In this document: positions 1 through 10,465 of the stretch, piece after piece | How the letters are laid out: each line of letters opens with the position of its first letter | Numbering within the stretch: the stretch's first letter is position 1 | Source: an uncultured Planctomycetaceae bacterium | GTDB taxonomy: Bacteria > Planctomycetota > Planctomycetia > Planctomycetales > Planctomycetaceae | DNA: 64,000 nucleotides | Assembly (NCBI GenBank): GCA_963976765.1 | Contig: CAXBME010000001.1 | Span: 310,001 to 374,000, forward strand | Direction of reading: 5' to 3' | The notes under the pieces: model-generated | Database searches by the model: none | Told to the model about the DNA's origin: nothing | The model's input: only the letters and a program-made list of their open reading frames with translations | Translations under genes and position numbers: made by a program

Positions 1-2000
1 AACTCGGTCTGGCCACCTTTGAAGCTGGTGTTCGACATCTTGAAGTTACCGGGAAACGACAACGGCTGCACGGTGACGTCCGCCTTGAAGTCGTTCCAGC
101 GGCGAGTCAAACGCAAGGTCAGCGTGGCTTCTTTGCCGGCCTCAGCTTCAACCTGCTCGGCGGACCAGTCAAGTCGATAAGGGGCACCGTCGCGGATGGC
201 GACGACCAGCTCGCGAGATGGGCGACTGGAATTCATCCCGGAGTTATTCCACACGCGGGAATAGGGTCGGACTTCTCGTCGGAGTGTTTCTTCTCCGCGT
301 TGGCCGGTGGCAATGAGCTTGATCGGGCCGACGAAGTCAGCAGCGTTGTCGTCGGCGGTGATGACCAGCGTGCCTCGCGAGTTGTTATTGATCACGGTCG
401 ATGCGACGTGCAGACCTGGTGGCAGGTTCTCGGCCGTGATCGTGATTGGTTCGTTATAGCCCTGCTGCTGATGGATGATCACGTCCATGTAAATCGAGCC
501 GCCGCGCCAGATGGTTGTTCCGCCGGGGCCCGGGTTCTGGCTGTGAATCACGGCGGCGTAAAAGTCCGGCTGTTGTTTCTGAATGACCAGCACATACTGG
601 TAGCGTGCTCCGCCGCGTCGATAGCGATCCTGCACGAGCACTCGGTACTTCCGCTTCTCGGAAAGATTCACCATGCCCGACGGATCACGAAGGTGTCCGT
701 CAAAAGCGTTGATGCGATGCCCGAAGTCGTCCAGCTCGTTGATTCGGTTTCCCTTGTCATCAACGACAACGAGGTACGGATCGGCGCGGCCATTGATTCT
801 TTCGCAGTAGACGTCAAAACCGTACTGCCCGCTTTCCGGTATTTCGAATTCGAACCAGTCGGCGTCCCGAGGCTGATCGAAACGTCCGCTGACAACCAAC
901 GGCAGCGTCACCGGTTGAGACTGATCTTCGACGTCGTTTGGTTCAACTTCCCGAGTCACCGGCGAGTCTGTGACGAGCAGTGTCTGCGAGTTAGCCAGTC
1001 CGTCGGTCGCGGCCGCAAACTGTGTTCCTGTCAACGTACAGGTCGCAGCTGTCGGCAGCACGCTGTGGTCAGTTGGGTGCACGTCGAATCTATAGAAACC
1101 GCCGGTGGCAGTTTCATCCGGAACAGTGAAAGGAAACTTACGCTCCGAGTATGCAGTTCCGGATTCGTTCCATGAAGATTCCGTCGAGCCGTCGCCAAGG
1201 TTCCGGCCAATCGCCAACAGTTCGACGTTCTGCCCGGTCTGTACGGCGCGTGGAAAGACGTCTTCGATGTGAGGTTTGTTGGTAATCAGCAGCCGGTACG
1301 GAAAGCCGCCTCGGTACGAAAGATCGTAGACTCGCACCAGGTATTCGCCGTCAGCCGGAGCGACGAAATCGATCATCGGATCACGGCCGTTGTGATCGCT
1401 GCTGCTCGCCAGAAGTTTTCCTTCCGCAGTCGACAGCGACATCGTCGCATCCATCATGGAATCGAGTTTGCCGGCCTGGCAGTCGATCACGATCCGCTGC
1501 TCTTTCGAAGCGGCAAAGCGGAACATGTCAACATTGTTTCCGTCCGACATTCCAGCAACTGCACTATTTACGGCGACGTTCTGCGCTGTTTCGGGTTCGT
1601 TGTTTGGCTCTGTGTCGACGACGTCTGTGAGGCCTCCATCGACAGAAAAGAGTCGAGGGTTGCTGACTCCCCAGCGACCGACCAGCCGCACGTCGTAGGT
1701 CCCCGATGGGACATCCGCAGCGACTTTGATTCGAAAGTGACGATCTTTGCCGTCGACTGGTTCGGCAGTCAGTCCCGGATGGTCGAACAGCAATGAACTT
1801 ACTTCTTCAATATCACCGCCAGCGATTTCAGCATCGACGGTCGCTCCGGGCGACGCCCCCAGCGGTGTCAGTCGGTCAAAGCGGATGGATGGCAACTCGG
1901 CACGAGCATCGATTGTTGTCAGCAATGCAAAACAAGTTACAGCGAGCACGACATTTCGCCGGTTCAATTTGAAACACAAATACATTGAAATCCCTGACAT
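1..2000 (-). CDS. PPC (pre-peptidase C-terminal) domain-containing secreted protein, 3'-partial
   Basis: Not in the ORF track because it runs off the window. Hand translation of the minus strand from ATG 2000 (in-frame alternatives 2015, 1985) gives MSGISMYLCFKLNRRNVVLAVTCFALLTTIDARAELPSIRFDRLTPLGASPGATVDAEIAGGDIE. This is a signal peptide plus the typical start of planctomycete PPC proteins that accompany DUF1501/DUF1553 genes. Confidence 0.8.
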   Translation of the reverse strand, partial: MSGISMYLCFKLNRRNVVLAVTCFALLTTIDARAELPSIRFDRLTPLGASPGATVDAEIAGGDIEEVSSLLFDHPGLTAEPVDGKDRHFRIKVAADVPSGTYDVRLVGRWGVSNPRLFSVDGGLTDVVDTEPNNEPETAQNVAVNSAVAGMSDGNNVDMFRFAASKEQRIVIDCQAGKLDSMMDATMSLSTAEGKLLASSSDHNGRDPMIDFVAPADGEYLVRVYDLSYRGGFPYRLLITNKPHIEDVFPRAVQTGQNVELLAIGRNLGDGSTESSWNESGTAYSERKFPFTVPDETATGGFYRFDVHPTDHSVLPTAATCTLTGTQFAAATDGLANSQTLLVTDSPVTREVEPNDVEDQSQPVTLPLVVSGRFDQPRDADWFEFEIPESGQYGFDVYCERINGRADPYLVVVDDKGNRINELDDFGHRINAFDGHLRDPSGMVNLSEKRKYRVLVQDRYRRGGARYQYVLVIQKQQPDFYAAVIHSQNPGPGGTTIWRGGSIYMDVIIHQQQGYNEPITITAENLPPGLHVASTVINNNSRGTLVITADDNAADFVGPIKLIATGQRGEETLRREVRPYSRVWNNSGMNSSRPSRELVVAIRDGAPYRLDWSAEQVEAEAGKEATLTLRLTRRWNDFKADVTVQPLSFPGNFKMSNTSFKGGQTE

Positions 2001-2045
2001 GAATTCATGTCTCATGAACGCGACTGATGATGAATTAAGGATCCG

Positions 2046-2126
2046 ACGTGTGCCATTGGCTCTGCCGGTGCGGAGGCACTCGCAAACACCGACCCAGGAA
2101 GCACTGGCAGAGCCAGTGGCACACGT
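2046..2126. repeat. REP-like nested palindrome (copy 1)
   Basis: acgtgtgccattggctctgccggtgc (2046-2071) and gcactggcagagccagtggcacacgt (2101-2126) are inverted repeats with 2 mismatches. A related copy lies at 58104-58181. Confidence 0.85.
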
Positions 2127-2154
2127 TTTGATCGGGCTGCTCAGCGTCGCACGG

Positions 2155-3465
2155 CTACGCAATCAGTTCTTCGATTGGCTGGCCTTCGTTGAGGACCGGC
2201 AACGGTCGACGCGCGTGGTCGTGGAAGACGTGCCTGTAATCGACGCCGAGGGCGTAATACATCGTCGAAAGAACACAACCGACTGACGCTGCTTTGCTGG
2301 TTGGGTATTCCGCCTTTTCGTTCGTCGAGCCGATGACCTGTCCCATCTTCAGGCCACCGCCCGCGTAGAGGATGCTCATCGCTCCAGGCCAGTGATCTCG
2401 TCCGGCTCCTGAATTGATGCGCGGCGTGCGACCAAATTCTCCGCAAGCCATCACCAGGACGTCGTCCTGTCGGCCTCGGTCGTGCAGATCCTTGACGAGC
2501 GTTGCGACGGCCCGATCGTATTGTGGCAGCAGTCGGTCCTTAAGCTGCTTGAAGTTGTCGCCGTGCGTGTCCCAGCCGCCTCCGGCTTGAACCGCCACGA
2601 AAGACACACCGGCTTCGACCAGTCGTCGAGCCAGCAGGCAGCTTTGCCCCAGATCGTTACGACCGTAGTCTTCCCGCAGTTTTTCGTCTTCCTGCTTGAT
2701 GTCAAACGCCTGGATGGCTTTGTCGTTGGTGACCATCTGCAGCGCGTCGCGGTAGAAGGTGTCGAGACCTTCGATATCACCTTTCAAATCGATGTCGCGG
2801 CGAATCTGGTCGAGTTGTCCGAGCAGTCCCTGGCGACGGTCCAGCCGACTGTTATCGACTCGGCCCGGCAGCTTCAGATTGCGTACCTGGAAGCCGTCGG
2901 AGTTTGGATCGCTCTCTGGCGAGAACGGATTGAAAGACGCTCCGAGGTACGCCGCTTTACCCATTCCCAACTGTCGCGGCAGATTGACGTAGGCAGGCAG
3001 GCCTGGATCGTTCGCTCCTTGAAGCCGAGCGACCACCGAACCGACCGACGGATAAATGTTGTCGTTTACTTCGATCGATGGCTGATAGCCGGTCAGCATC
3101 CATTGCGAACCCATTCCGTGCCCGGCGTTGGTGTGAAAGGCCGAGCGGACGATAGCCAGTTTATCCATGATCTGTGCCTGGAGCGGCAGGTGTTCGCTGA
3201 TCTGGATATCGTTGACGTTGGTCGGGATTGGTCGAAACTCGCCACGAACTTCGGTCGGTGCATTCGGTTTCAAGTCGTACATGTCGAGATGACTTGGTCC
3301 ACCGGCCTGCCAGACAAGGATCACGGATTTCTTCCGGACTGACTTGCCCTCTGCCGCTGCCGCATTCTGCATTCGCAGCAGATTGGGAAGAGTCAATCCA
3401 CCGATGCCGAGCGAGCCGATCTGCAGAAAACTTCGCCGTGATGCCGAGCTGCAAAGTTCAAACAT
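2155..3465 (-). CDS. DUF1501 domain-containing protein (Tat signal)
   Basis: SRRSFLQIG Tat motif; GGPSHLDMYDLKP, GGWDTH and GEFGRTPRIN..GRDHWP motifs. Confidence 0.95.
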   Translation of the reverse strand: MFELCSSASRRSFLQIGSLGIGGLTLPNLLRMQNAAAAEGKSVRKKSVILVWQAGGPSHLDMYDLKPNAPTEVRGEFRPIPTNVNDIQISEHLPLQAQIMDKLAIVRSAFHTNAGHGMGSQWMLTGYQPSIEVNDNIYPSVGSVVARLQGANDPGLPAYVNLPRQLGMGKAAYLGASFNPFSPESDPNSDGFQVRNLKLPGRVDNSRLDRRQGLLGQLDQIRRDIDLKGDIEGLDTFYRDALQMVTNDKAIQAFDIKQEDEKLREDYGRNDLGQSCLLARRLVEAGVSFVAVQAGGGWDTHGDNFKQLKDRLLPQYDRAVATLVKDLHDRGRQDDVLVMACGEFGRTPRINSGAGRDHWPGAMSILYAGGGLKMGQVIGSTNEKAEYPTSKAASVGCVLSTMYYALGVDYRHVFHDHARRPLPVLNEGQPIEELIA

Positions 3466-3550
3466 GTTTGCTGCCTTTATGCGTTACTGAGTTTTACGCA
3501 GGCCGGGCCAGGCAATTTCGCGGAGCCTGGCCCACCAGAATCAGTTGTCT

Positions 3551-6016
3551 TTAATGATTGAAGAGAAACTCTTTGCTGTTGATGATTGTCCACAAAACAT
3601 CTTCCAGTGCCTGCTGTTTGTTTTCCTGAGCCTCGACATAGCCGACCGTCGTATTGCGTTCCTGATCTGAAGGTCGGCGAGCGTAGGCGCTTAAGTAAAT
3701 TGAATCGATTATCTCTGGTATCGGTTCTTTGTCGGTCATGAGTTTGGCGATTCGCCCTTTGCGGTCGGCGAGTTTGTTTTCAAGTTCGTCGGAATTGGCC
3801 AGCAGCAACACCTGAGCCAGCGTTGCGCCGCTGGAGCGTTCACACTCGCAGCCGGATACTCGTTTTGGCCGATCGAACGTGTCCAGGAAGTACGAGCCGA
3901 ATCCTTCGTGTGGCAGATCGACCGCTCGCGCCGAATCTGAAATGTTGCCGAACTTTGTTTTCGTACCCGTCGCGTCATCAACGGCGTCGAGTAACACTTC
4001 GGCAATCAGGCGTCGCGCGTAGAATCTGGCGAAGTTCTGGCGGTCGTCTTTGTTATATTCGGTCGGTTCGGACGAGAGCTGATAAACGCGGCTGTTGACC
4101 AGCGTTTGAACGATGTGTCGGACATCGAACTTGTGATCGATGAAGTCCTGAGCCAGCCTGTCGAGCAGTTCAGGATTCGACGGCGGATTACTTTCCCGCA
4201 TGTCGTCAACTTCGTTGACCAGACCTCGACCCATGAAGTGTCCCCACAGCCGGTTAACGAGCACTCGTGCAAAGAAGGGGTTTTCAGGCTTTGCCATCCA
4301 GTCGACGAGCGCGTGTCTCGGGTCGTCTTCCGGAGTGAATTGACCGTACTCACCATCCAGAAATTTCGGTTCGGGTACTTTGCCCGTCAGCGGATTCTTT
4401 TCTCCGGTCGTCACCTTTGAAGAGGCGAAGTACGGCGGCGGCTGACCGAAACTCTTGCGACCAAGTCGCGTGAAGAACCCGGCCAGCCCGTAGTAGTCTT
4501 CCTGCCCCCATCGCTCGTAAGGATGGTGGTGGCACCTCGCGCACTGCAGACGAATCCCCAGGAAGACTTGAGCTGTATCGGCGGTTACGGAATGCAGCTG
4601 ATCGTCGCGCGTCTGCCAGTACCAGTTAATCGCTGGTGCGTCCTGCCATTCTCCGGCGGCGGCTACGACTCCGCGTACAAATTCATCGTACGGGCGGTTG
4701 CGGGCGATCATATCCTTGATCCAGTTGTGAAACGCGTACGACGCCTGATCTGCTCCGGCCAGCCGCGAGTTGCGCAGGATCGCTCCCCACCGCATCGCGA
4801 AGTACGCGGGGTAGTCGGGTGAATCGAGCAGACGGTCGATCACCTCGCGACGTTTGCTGCCTGACTTGTCTTCAACAAACCCGACCGCTTCTTCTGCGGT
4901 AGGCAGGCGGCCACACAGGTCGATCGTGACTCGACGCAGAAACGTCGCGTCGTCGCTGTCTGGTGATGGCAGCAGGCCGAGCTTCTTCCACTTCGCGGCA
5001 GCGAGTTCGTCGACGTAATTATTCGGTACGAAGTCGGGGATCGATTCAAGGCTCGAACCGTGAGGAACGATCGCGTGGAAAACGGTAACGTGTCCGACAT
5101 AGCGAGCCATAATCGCCGCTTCACCGCTTTGCCCGGTCGCCGTTACGAATCCGTCCTCATCCACGCCAGCCACTGGATCAAGATTGCTGGAGAACTCCGA
5201 CTGCCGAGTAACATCACGGCGCGATCCGTCACTGTACTCAGCGGTGACCGCCAGTTGCTGACACCCGTCTCGACGGAGAATCCGCTCGGACGGAGTGACA
5301 TGTAGCTTGACGACCCGCGGTGATTCCGGCGACGACGCGGGGGCTCCCAGTTCAATCCAGCGCTGAATCAGTTGGGCGGCTTCGCTGTCGAGTCCGAACC
5401 TGGCTCCACCGCCGTGCGGACTGCTGCCCGTTGCCTTGGCCAGCAGCATGCTGCGACCGGTCGACGACGTAAAAATGCGTCGCCCGCGTCCCTCTTTGGC
5501 AATCGCGTCATGATCGAACGCGTTGTCAAAACCGAACAGCGACAACTGAAAACCGTTCTGTCCGCCGGCCTTGCCGTGACAGCCGCCCGAGTTGCAGCCA
5601 TGCCGACTGAGGATCGGAACAATATCCGCGACGAAGTCGACGGAGCGTCCGTCGGACATTCCTGAAACCCGGACGTCGACATTAACCGTTCGTCCGTCGG
5701 CGTCGATGACGATCGTTGTCGTACCGTTCGCAATCGGCGTCACGTATCCGGAAGCGTCGACCGTCGCGACACTCGGATGCTCGCTTCGGTATGCAGCGTC
5801 GCGAGTCAGGTCTCTTCCGGACGTTTCGACCAGAATCTGCTGCCGAGCCATTCCGTTGCTCAACACAATTTCGCGAGGAACCGTTTCCAGGCCATCCCAG
5901 GCGTGGACGGTTCTCGCGGTCGGCATTGCCACGGCGATGTTCAAAATGAAAAAAGTCGAGACCAGCAGGGGAACGTTTCCCAGCCTGGCGGTTGATCGGA
6001 ACAGATCTCGTGCCAT
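3551..6016 (-). CDS. DUF1549/DUF1553 planctomycete cytochrome-like protein with Ig-like (Big2) domains
   Basis: CNSGGCHG, FLRRVTIDLCGRLPT, LQCARCHHHP, NPPSNPELLDRLA and C-terminal SKEFLFNH. Confidence 0.93.
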   Translation of the reverse strand: MARDLFRSTARLGNVPLLVSTFFILNIAVAMPTARTVHAWDGLETVPREIVLSNGMARQQILVETSGRDLTRDAAYRSEHPSVATVDASGYVTPIANGTTTIVIDADGRTVNVDVRVSGMSDGRSVDFVADIVPILSRHGCNSGGCHGKAGGQNGFQLSLFGFDNAFDHDAIAKEGRGRRIFTSSTGRSMLLAKATGSSPHGGGARFGLDSEAAQLIQRWIELGAPASSPESPRVVKLHVTPSERILRRDGCQQLAVTAEYSDGSRRDVTRQSEFSSNLDPVAGVDEDGFVTATGQSGEAAIMARYVGHVTVFHAIVPHGSSLESIPDFVPNNYVDELAAAKWKKLGLLPSPDSDDATFLRRVTIDLCGRLPTAEEAVGFVEDKSGSKRREVIDRLLDSPDYPAYFAMRWGAILRNSRLAGADQASYAFHNWIKDMIARNRPYDEFVRGVVAAAGEWQDAPAINWYWQTRDDQLHSVTADTAQVFLGIRLQCARCHHHPYERWGQEDYYGLAGFFTRLGRKSFGQPPPYFASSKVTTGEKNPLTGKVPEPKFLDGEYGQFTPEDDPRHALVDWMAKPENPFFARVLVNRLWGHFMGRGLVNEVDDMRESNPPSNPELLDRLAQDFIDHKFDVRHIVQTLVNSRVYQLSSEPTEYNKDDRQNFARFYARRLIAEVLLDAVDDATGTKTKFGNISDSARAVDLPHEGFGSYFLDTFDRPKRVSGCECERSSGATLAQVLLLANSDELENKLADRKGRIAKLMTDKEPIPEIIDSIYLSAYARRPSDQERNTTVGYVEAQENKQQALEDVLWTIINSKEFLFNH

Positions 6017-6262
6017 CCAGGTTGCTCACATCAAGGGTGGGAAGAAGTAAGGAGGGAATGTCGCAACGAATCAGAGGGCTTTTATACTACCCAGTCGCCA
6101 CCCGGGTCAGCAATCGCAGACCGGGAGCAGAGGGCTGCGTTTGTTCCAGACGACGCCCCACCATGAATCGACTATCGGGAAGTTGCTCTCGACGCGTTTC
6201 CTGGTTTGCCGGGACCAGCATGCTTAACGGTGTTAACCACCGCAGCTGATCGCGTCATGGTG

Positions 6263-7666
6263 TTACAGTATTTCGGAAACGGTACCGTCGCTGTCGGCGA
6301 ATTTTTCTGTGCGGATACCGAGTCCCTGGAGCATCGTTACGAACAGGTTTGACAGTGGTTCGTCGATGTGTGTGGCCTTTTTCTGCCACGGTTCCGTCCT
6401 GCCGTCCCATGCTCCTCCCTGCGCATTGGTACCGACCTGATTGAGGTACTGACCATGTTTGAATCCCATATTTTTTCCGCCGGTCAGGATCAGGGGGTAG
6501 TTGCGTGAGAGGTGAAAAGCGCTGGACGCCGACCCAAACAGAAGCAGTGTGTTGTCGAGCATGCTGCCTTCTCCAGCGGGCTCTGGAGTCTGCTGGAGCT
6601 TCATGGCAAAGCGACCGTATTCCTCGTTCAGAAAACGACAGTAGATGCCGAAGTTCTTCCACCCGTTAACGTTCTTCGTTTCGTGTGACAGATGGTGGGC
6701 GAGGTTGAAGCCCACGGCTCGAGCCAGATGGTCACTTTTTCCGACGCCGTTTTCCCGACCAATCTGATAGGTGGCGACGCGGGTGGAATCCGTTTTGAAG
6801 GCGAGATAGATCAACTCAAACATGGTCTGCACGTAAAGACGGGGTTCGTCGGGGGTCAGTTCGAGATTGAGATGGTCGGCGTCGACTGTTGGCAATGGCG
6901 TATTGATCCAGTGTTTCGCCTTGGCGACCTTAATCTCCGCCTCGCGAACTGACGAGAGGTACTCGTCCAGACTCCTCTGGTCCTGGGAAGAGAGTCTCTT
7001 CCGCAACCGTCGGGTGTCTGTCAGGAGATCGTCCAGCGCGCTGTCACTCAGTGCGAGTCGGCGAGCCGCATCGTCATCGCTTTTTACAAACAACATATCG
7101 AAGATGCGTTTTGGTCGGTGCTCTGCGGGGATCGCTCTGCCGCTTCGGCTGAACGACAGCGTATGAGCGCCGCGAGGTGTCCCCGTTCCACCATCAGTCG
7201 ACATCACGAGCGACGAGATTCGCGTCTTCTCTCCGACATGCCCTGCGTACAACTGGTCCAGTGAAATCGAGTTCTGGTAAGGGCCGTCATAGCCGGTGGC
7301 GGCAGCGGTCAGAAACTGGTCGGCATTCGAATGACCGTGAACGCTGCGGGCTGCCGGATGCGAAAAACCGGACAACACGGTGAGGTCGTTGCGCAACGGC
7401 TCAAGCGGTTCAAGAACCTTTGTGAAGGTAAACTCTTCTCCGTTACCGAGCGGAAACCAGGCCCAGTCCCGGTACGCCGGATCTTCCGGAAGTGGCATCG
7501 GGACGCCATCGGGGAAATAGAAGCAGGCCAGGCGTCGAGGAGTGGAAGGATCGTCGTCGGCCCGGACCGGTGAGCGCGCAAACGTTTCGAACAGAGGCAG
7601 CGCCAACGCCAGTCCGGTACCCCGAAGAAATCGCCGACGATCAAGTGAATTCAGATTGAGGGGCAT
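6263..7666 (-). CDS. DUF1552 domain-containing protein (Tat signal)
   Basis: DRRRFLRG Tat motif, HHLSH motif, SMLDNTLLLFGS; lies directly downstream of a DUF1592 gene as is usual. Confidence 0.93.
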   Translation of the reverse strand: MPLNLNSLDRRRFLRGTGLALALPLFETFARSPVRADDDPSTPRRLACFYFPDGVPMPLPEDPAYRDWAWFPLGNGEEFTFTKVLEPLEPLRNDLTVLSGFSHPAARSVHGHSNADQFLTAAATGYDGPYQNSISLDQLYAGHVGEKTRISSLVMSTDGGTGTPRGAHTLSFSRSGRAIPAEHRPKRIFDMLFVKSDDDAARRLALSDSALDDLLTDTRRLRKRLSSQDQRSLDEYLSSVREAEIKVAKAKHWINTPLPTVDADHLNLELTPDEPRLYVQTMFELIYLAFKTDSTRVATYQIGRENGVGKSDHLARAVGFNLAHHLSHETKNVNGWKNFGIYCRFLNEEYGRFAMKLQQTPEPAGEGSMLDNTLLLFGSASSAFHLSRNYPLILTGGKNMGFKHGQYLNQVGTNAQGGAWDGRTEPWQKKATHIDEPLSNLFVTMLQGLGIRTEKFADSDGTVSEIL

Positions 7667-7726
7667 GTCAGTACCGTTTCTTCAGGCTTGCTGGTTTGGG
7701 TTGTCGGTTCTTCCAATTGCTTTCCG

Positions 7727-10465
7727 TTACTTTGATCGAAACAACTCACTCGTCGCGACAAGTCGAATCATCGTCGCCAGCCCGTCACCCTGTTTGCGAA
7801 CGTCTGCCGTTATTCTGTCGATACTTGAGTGGTCGGCAAAGGTTAGTGGCCGCCCCAGGGCGTAGGTCGTCATTTTATGAACCATCGCTCGGACAAACTG
7901 GTCCTGGCGATTTAACAGCAGAAACCGTTTGAGCCCGTCCATCCCGTCGAGCTTCTGATTGTTGAACAACAGGCTGACCGCATCAACGGGTTTGCCATTA
8001 ATCTGAGTCCGCCACCGACCGATCGCGTCGTAGTTCTCAAAGGCGATTCCCCACGGGTCGATCTTTGCGTGGCAGGACCGGCATGCAGCGTGATTACGGT
8101 GATCTTCGATTCGCTCTTTCAACGTCATCTTTGCAATTTCAGGATCAGCCAGATCAATTTCCGGAACGGCTGGCGGGGGCGGCGGGGGAGGATCGTTGAG
8201 AAGGCTTTCCAGCAACCAGACCCCGCGTTTGAGTGGGTGAGAATCTGTTCCGTTTGAGTTCATCGCGAGAAGCCCTGCCTGAGTCAGCAGACCTCCGCGC
8301 ATTCGACCGGCATCAAGTTTGACTCGACGAAAGTGATTTCCGTGGACGTCAGGCAAACCGTAATGAACGGCAAGCCGTTCGTTCGCCATTGTGTAGTCAG
8401 CGTGAATGAAATCCAGCACGCTGGCATCGTTCTGCAGGACTTCGTGAAACAGAGCGATCGGTTCGTTCTGCATGGCTTCTTTCAGCAGTGGATCGAAACC
8501 GGGGACATGCTGTTTGATGTCCAGGAAATCGAGCAGTTGCATGTCCAGCCACTGACGGACGAACTGTTCCGAAAATCTCAGAGTGCGTCGATCTGCCAGC
8601 ATGCGGCTTACCTCGTCGGCCAGCACTTTCGAGTCACTCAGTTCTTCGCTTTCGGCCAGCTTCAGCAGTTGGGCATCCGGCACCGAGCACCACAGAAACA
8701 AAGCCAGACGCGTTGCCAGCTCGTGCGCCGAAATTACTTCTGAATTCAGTTGGCCCTGTTGACCTGCATCACCGACCGACTCGCTGGCAGATTCGTCCTG
8801 GATGACATAGAGAAAATCGGGTGACGAGAGGACGGTCGCCAGAACTTCAACCATCGCCTCTTCCAGACTGTCACATCGGGGACGCATTGTGTGGAAGAGC
8901 TTGAGTTTCTGATCGACTTCGGCAATGGCGATCGGTCGTCGCCAGGCTCGCGACATGAAAGCGGTCAAAACTTCTCGCGCATAGGCCGATTCGTTTTCTT
9001 GAGCGGCACTGTCGAAGAAGATCCGCTTGTGAGATTCCGGCGGCCACTGGTCATAAACAGGAGCGGCAACTTCGACATAGTCCAGCCGGATGTCTCCTTT
9101 TGTGGCCGAACTGTTGACCAGTCGGATGTACTCCGACGGGCTGGGCAAGGCACCCATCGGTGACGTGTCGCGGACGGAGTTGCGAGGATAGATTTCTCCG
9201 AGAGGCACGTCCCATTGATAGATTTCCGGCTTATCCGGACTGGCTTTAATCTGCGTGTCTTCGGCACTGATGCGGAGAATGGCTCGGCCTTCGTTGCTGG
9301 CTCGCCAACCAAACTCAAGTTGCAGGCTGGGGATCCGCGACTCTTCCAGGGATGCTCGCGAGGCTCGGACGCGGACTCGCATGGTCCCTTCGTCCGGCAC
9401 CCGGTTTCCAAGTTCGACAATCAGGCCGTGATTTCGCCCCTGAGGGATGATCGCCACGTGATCCGACGGTGCTGGGATTTCCGGAAGAGAAGCTGCTGGT
9501 TTAAAAGCGAATTTTGCGCCGTGGTATTGCCAATTGGCGCGTGCCGTTCGACCAGTCGATGGATCGTGGTAGTAGGTGTTGTTGTGAGGTTTCGTGAAGG
9601 TCGCGGTGAGTCGATCGGCCTCTTTTTTTTGCTTGTCCGGATCGTCTTTGAACTTTTCCTTCAGCTTTTCCAGTTGCTCCGCCTGCTTTGGCCATTCGAT
9701 TTTCGCGGCGTCCTTCATCGTGACACTCCAATACAGAACGGGAGGTCGTTCGCCTTGAACGGTCGCTCGGCTGAGAGCTTTGCGGGCAATCTGTCGATAA
9801 GTTTCAAACTGCACGACAGACATGTGCAGCAACTCTGAGCTGTTCTGAAACCCGTCGTCAGAAGCCGGCTCCGGTGGCAGATCCTTTGCAAAGTCGTAGG
9901 GCAGTCCGAGGATGTCCTGCAGAGCGTAGTTGTATTCATAGCGAGTCAAACGGCGGAACGATGAATGTCCTCCCGTCGCCCGTCGCACCGACGAGGCCAG
10001 CTGGAGTTCGCGAGACAGCCACGCGACCACTGCGCTGCGGTCTTCGTCGGCCAGTTCAACTTCGTCCGGCGGAGGCATCTCACCGTTCGTCAGTACCGCC
10101 AGAATCTCAAGCCACCAGGCGACATCCTTTCCCTGCAGCAGGTTGGGATCGAGTGTGTCGATTCGGATGTTGCCTTCGGTGGTTTCGGCGCCGTGACATC
10201 GTACGCACGACCGTTGCAGGATTGGCCTGATGGTTTTCTCGAAGGCAGCGAGATCTGCTTTGGGAACTTCTGCATCGACAACGGATGTCAGCTGCTGAAG
10301 GTACTTCGAATCTTTCGCACCCGCTTCTTTCAGTTCCTGGAAAGTCAGGCGTGCTACGTTCGATTCCGGGCTGTCCCGATCAGCTGCAAATCCGACAGCC
10401 GTGCAGAAAATCAGGCCAGGCCATATTAAAGATCGATACTTCACGTTGTCTGGTCCTCTACTCAA
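7727..10465 (-). CDS. DUF1592/DUF1588/DUF1587/DUF1595/DUF1585 cytochrome c domain protein
   Basis: Two CxxCH motifs (CVRCH, CRSCH), FRRLTRYEYNY, SHPLKRGVW, PPPPPPPAVP and YALGRPL. Start codon uncertain. Confidence 0.93.
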   Translation of the reverse strand: MSRGPDNVKYRSLIWPGLIFCTAVGFAADRDSPESNVARLTFQELKEAGAKDSKYLQQLTSVVDAEVPKADLAAFEKTIRPILQRSCVRCHGAETTEGNIRIDTLDPNLLQGKDVAWWLEILAVLTNGEMPPPDEVELADEDRSAVVAWLSRELQLASSVRRATGGHSSFRRLTRYEYNYALQDILGLPYDFAKDLPPEPASDDGFQNSSELLHMSVVQFETYRQIARKALSRATVQGERPPVLYWSVTMKDAAKIEWPKQAEQLEKLKEKFKDDPDKQKKEADRLTATFTKPHNNTYYHDPSTGRTARANWQYHGAKFAFKPAASLPEIPAPSDHVAIIPQGRNHGLIVELGNRVPDEGTMRVRVRASRASLEESRIPSLQLEFGWRASNEGRAILRISAEDTQIKASPDKPEIYQWDVPLGEIYPRNSVRDTSPMGALPSPSEYIRLVNSSATKGDIRLDYVEVAAPVYDQWPPESHKRIFFDSAAQENESAYAREVLTAFMSRAWRRPIAIAEVDQKLKLFHTMRPRCDSLEEAMVEVLATVLSSPDFLYVIQDESASESVGDAGQQGQLNSEVISAHELATRLALFLWCSVPDAQLLKLAESEELSDSKVLADEVSRMLADRRTLRFSEQFVRQWLDMQLLDFLDIKQHVPGFDPLLKEAMQNEPIALFHEVLQNDASVLDFIHADYTMANERLAVHYGLPDVHGNHFRRVKLDAGRMRGGLLTQAGLLAMNSNGTDSHPLKRGVWLLESLLNDPPPPPPPAVPEIDLADPEIAKMTLKERIEDHRNHAACRSCHAKIDPWGIAFENYDAIGRWRTQINGKPVDAVSLLFNNQKLDGMDGLKRFLLLNRQDQFVRAMVHKMTTYALGRPLTFADHSSIDRITADVRKQGDGLATMIRLVATSELFRSK

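Noticed and set aside
300..1796. Plus-strand ORFs 300..1175 and 1269..1796
   Set aside because: Antisense shadows of the real minus-strand PPC gene, which the track missed because it has no stop in the window.
3505..3533. 9-bp hairpin gggccaggc...gcctggccc between the DUF1553 and DUF1501 genes
   Set aside because: No adjacent U-tract and a single copy; at most an mRNA stability hairpin.
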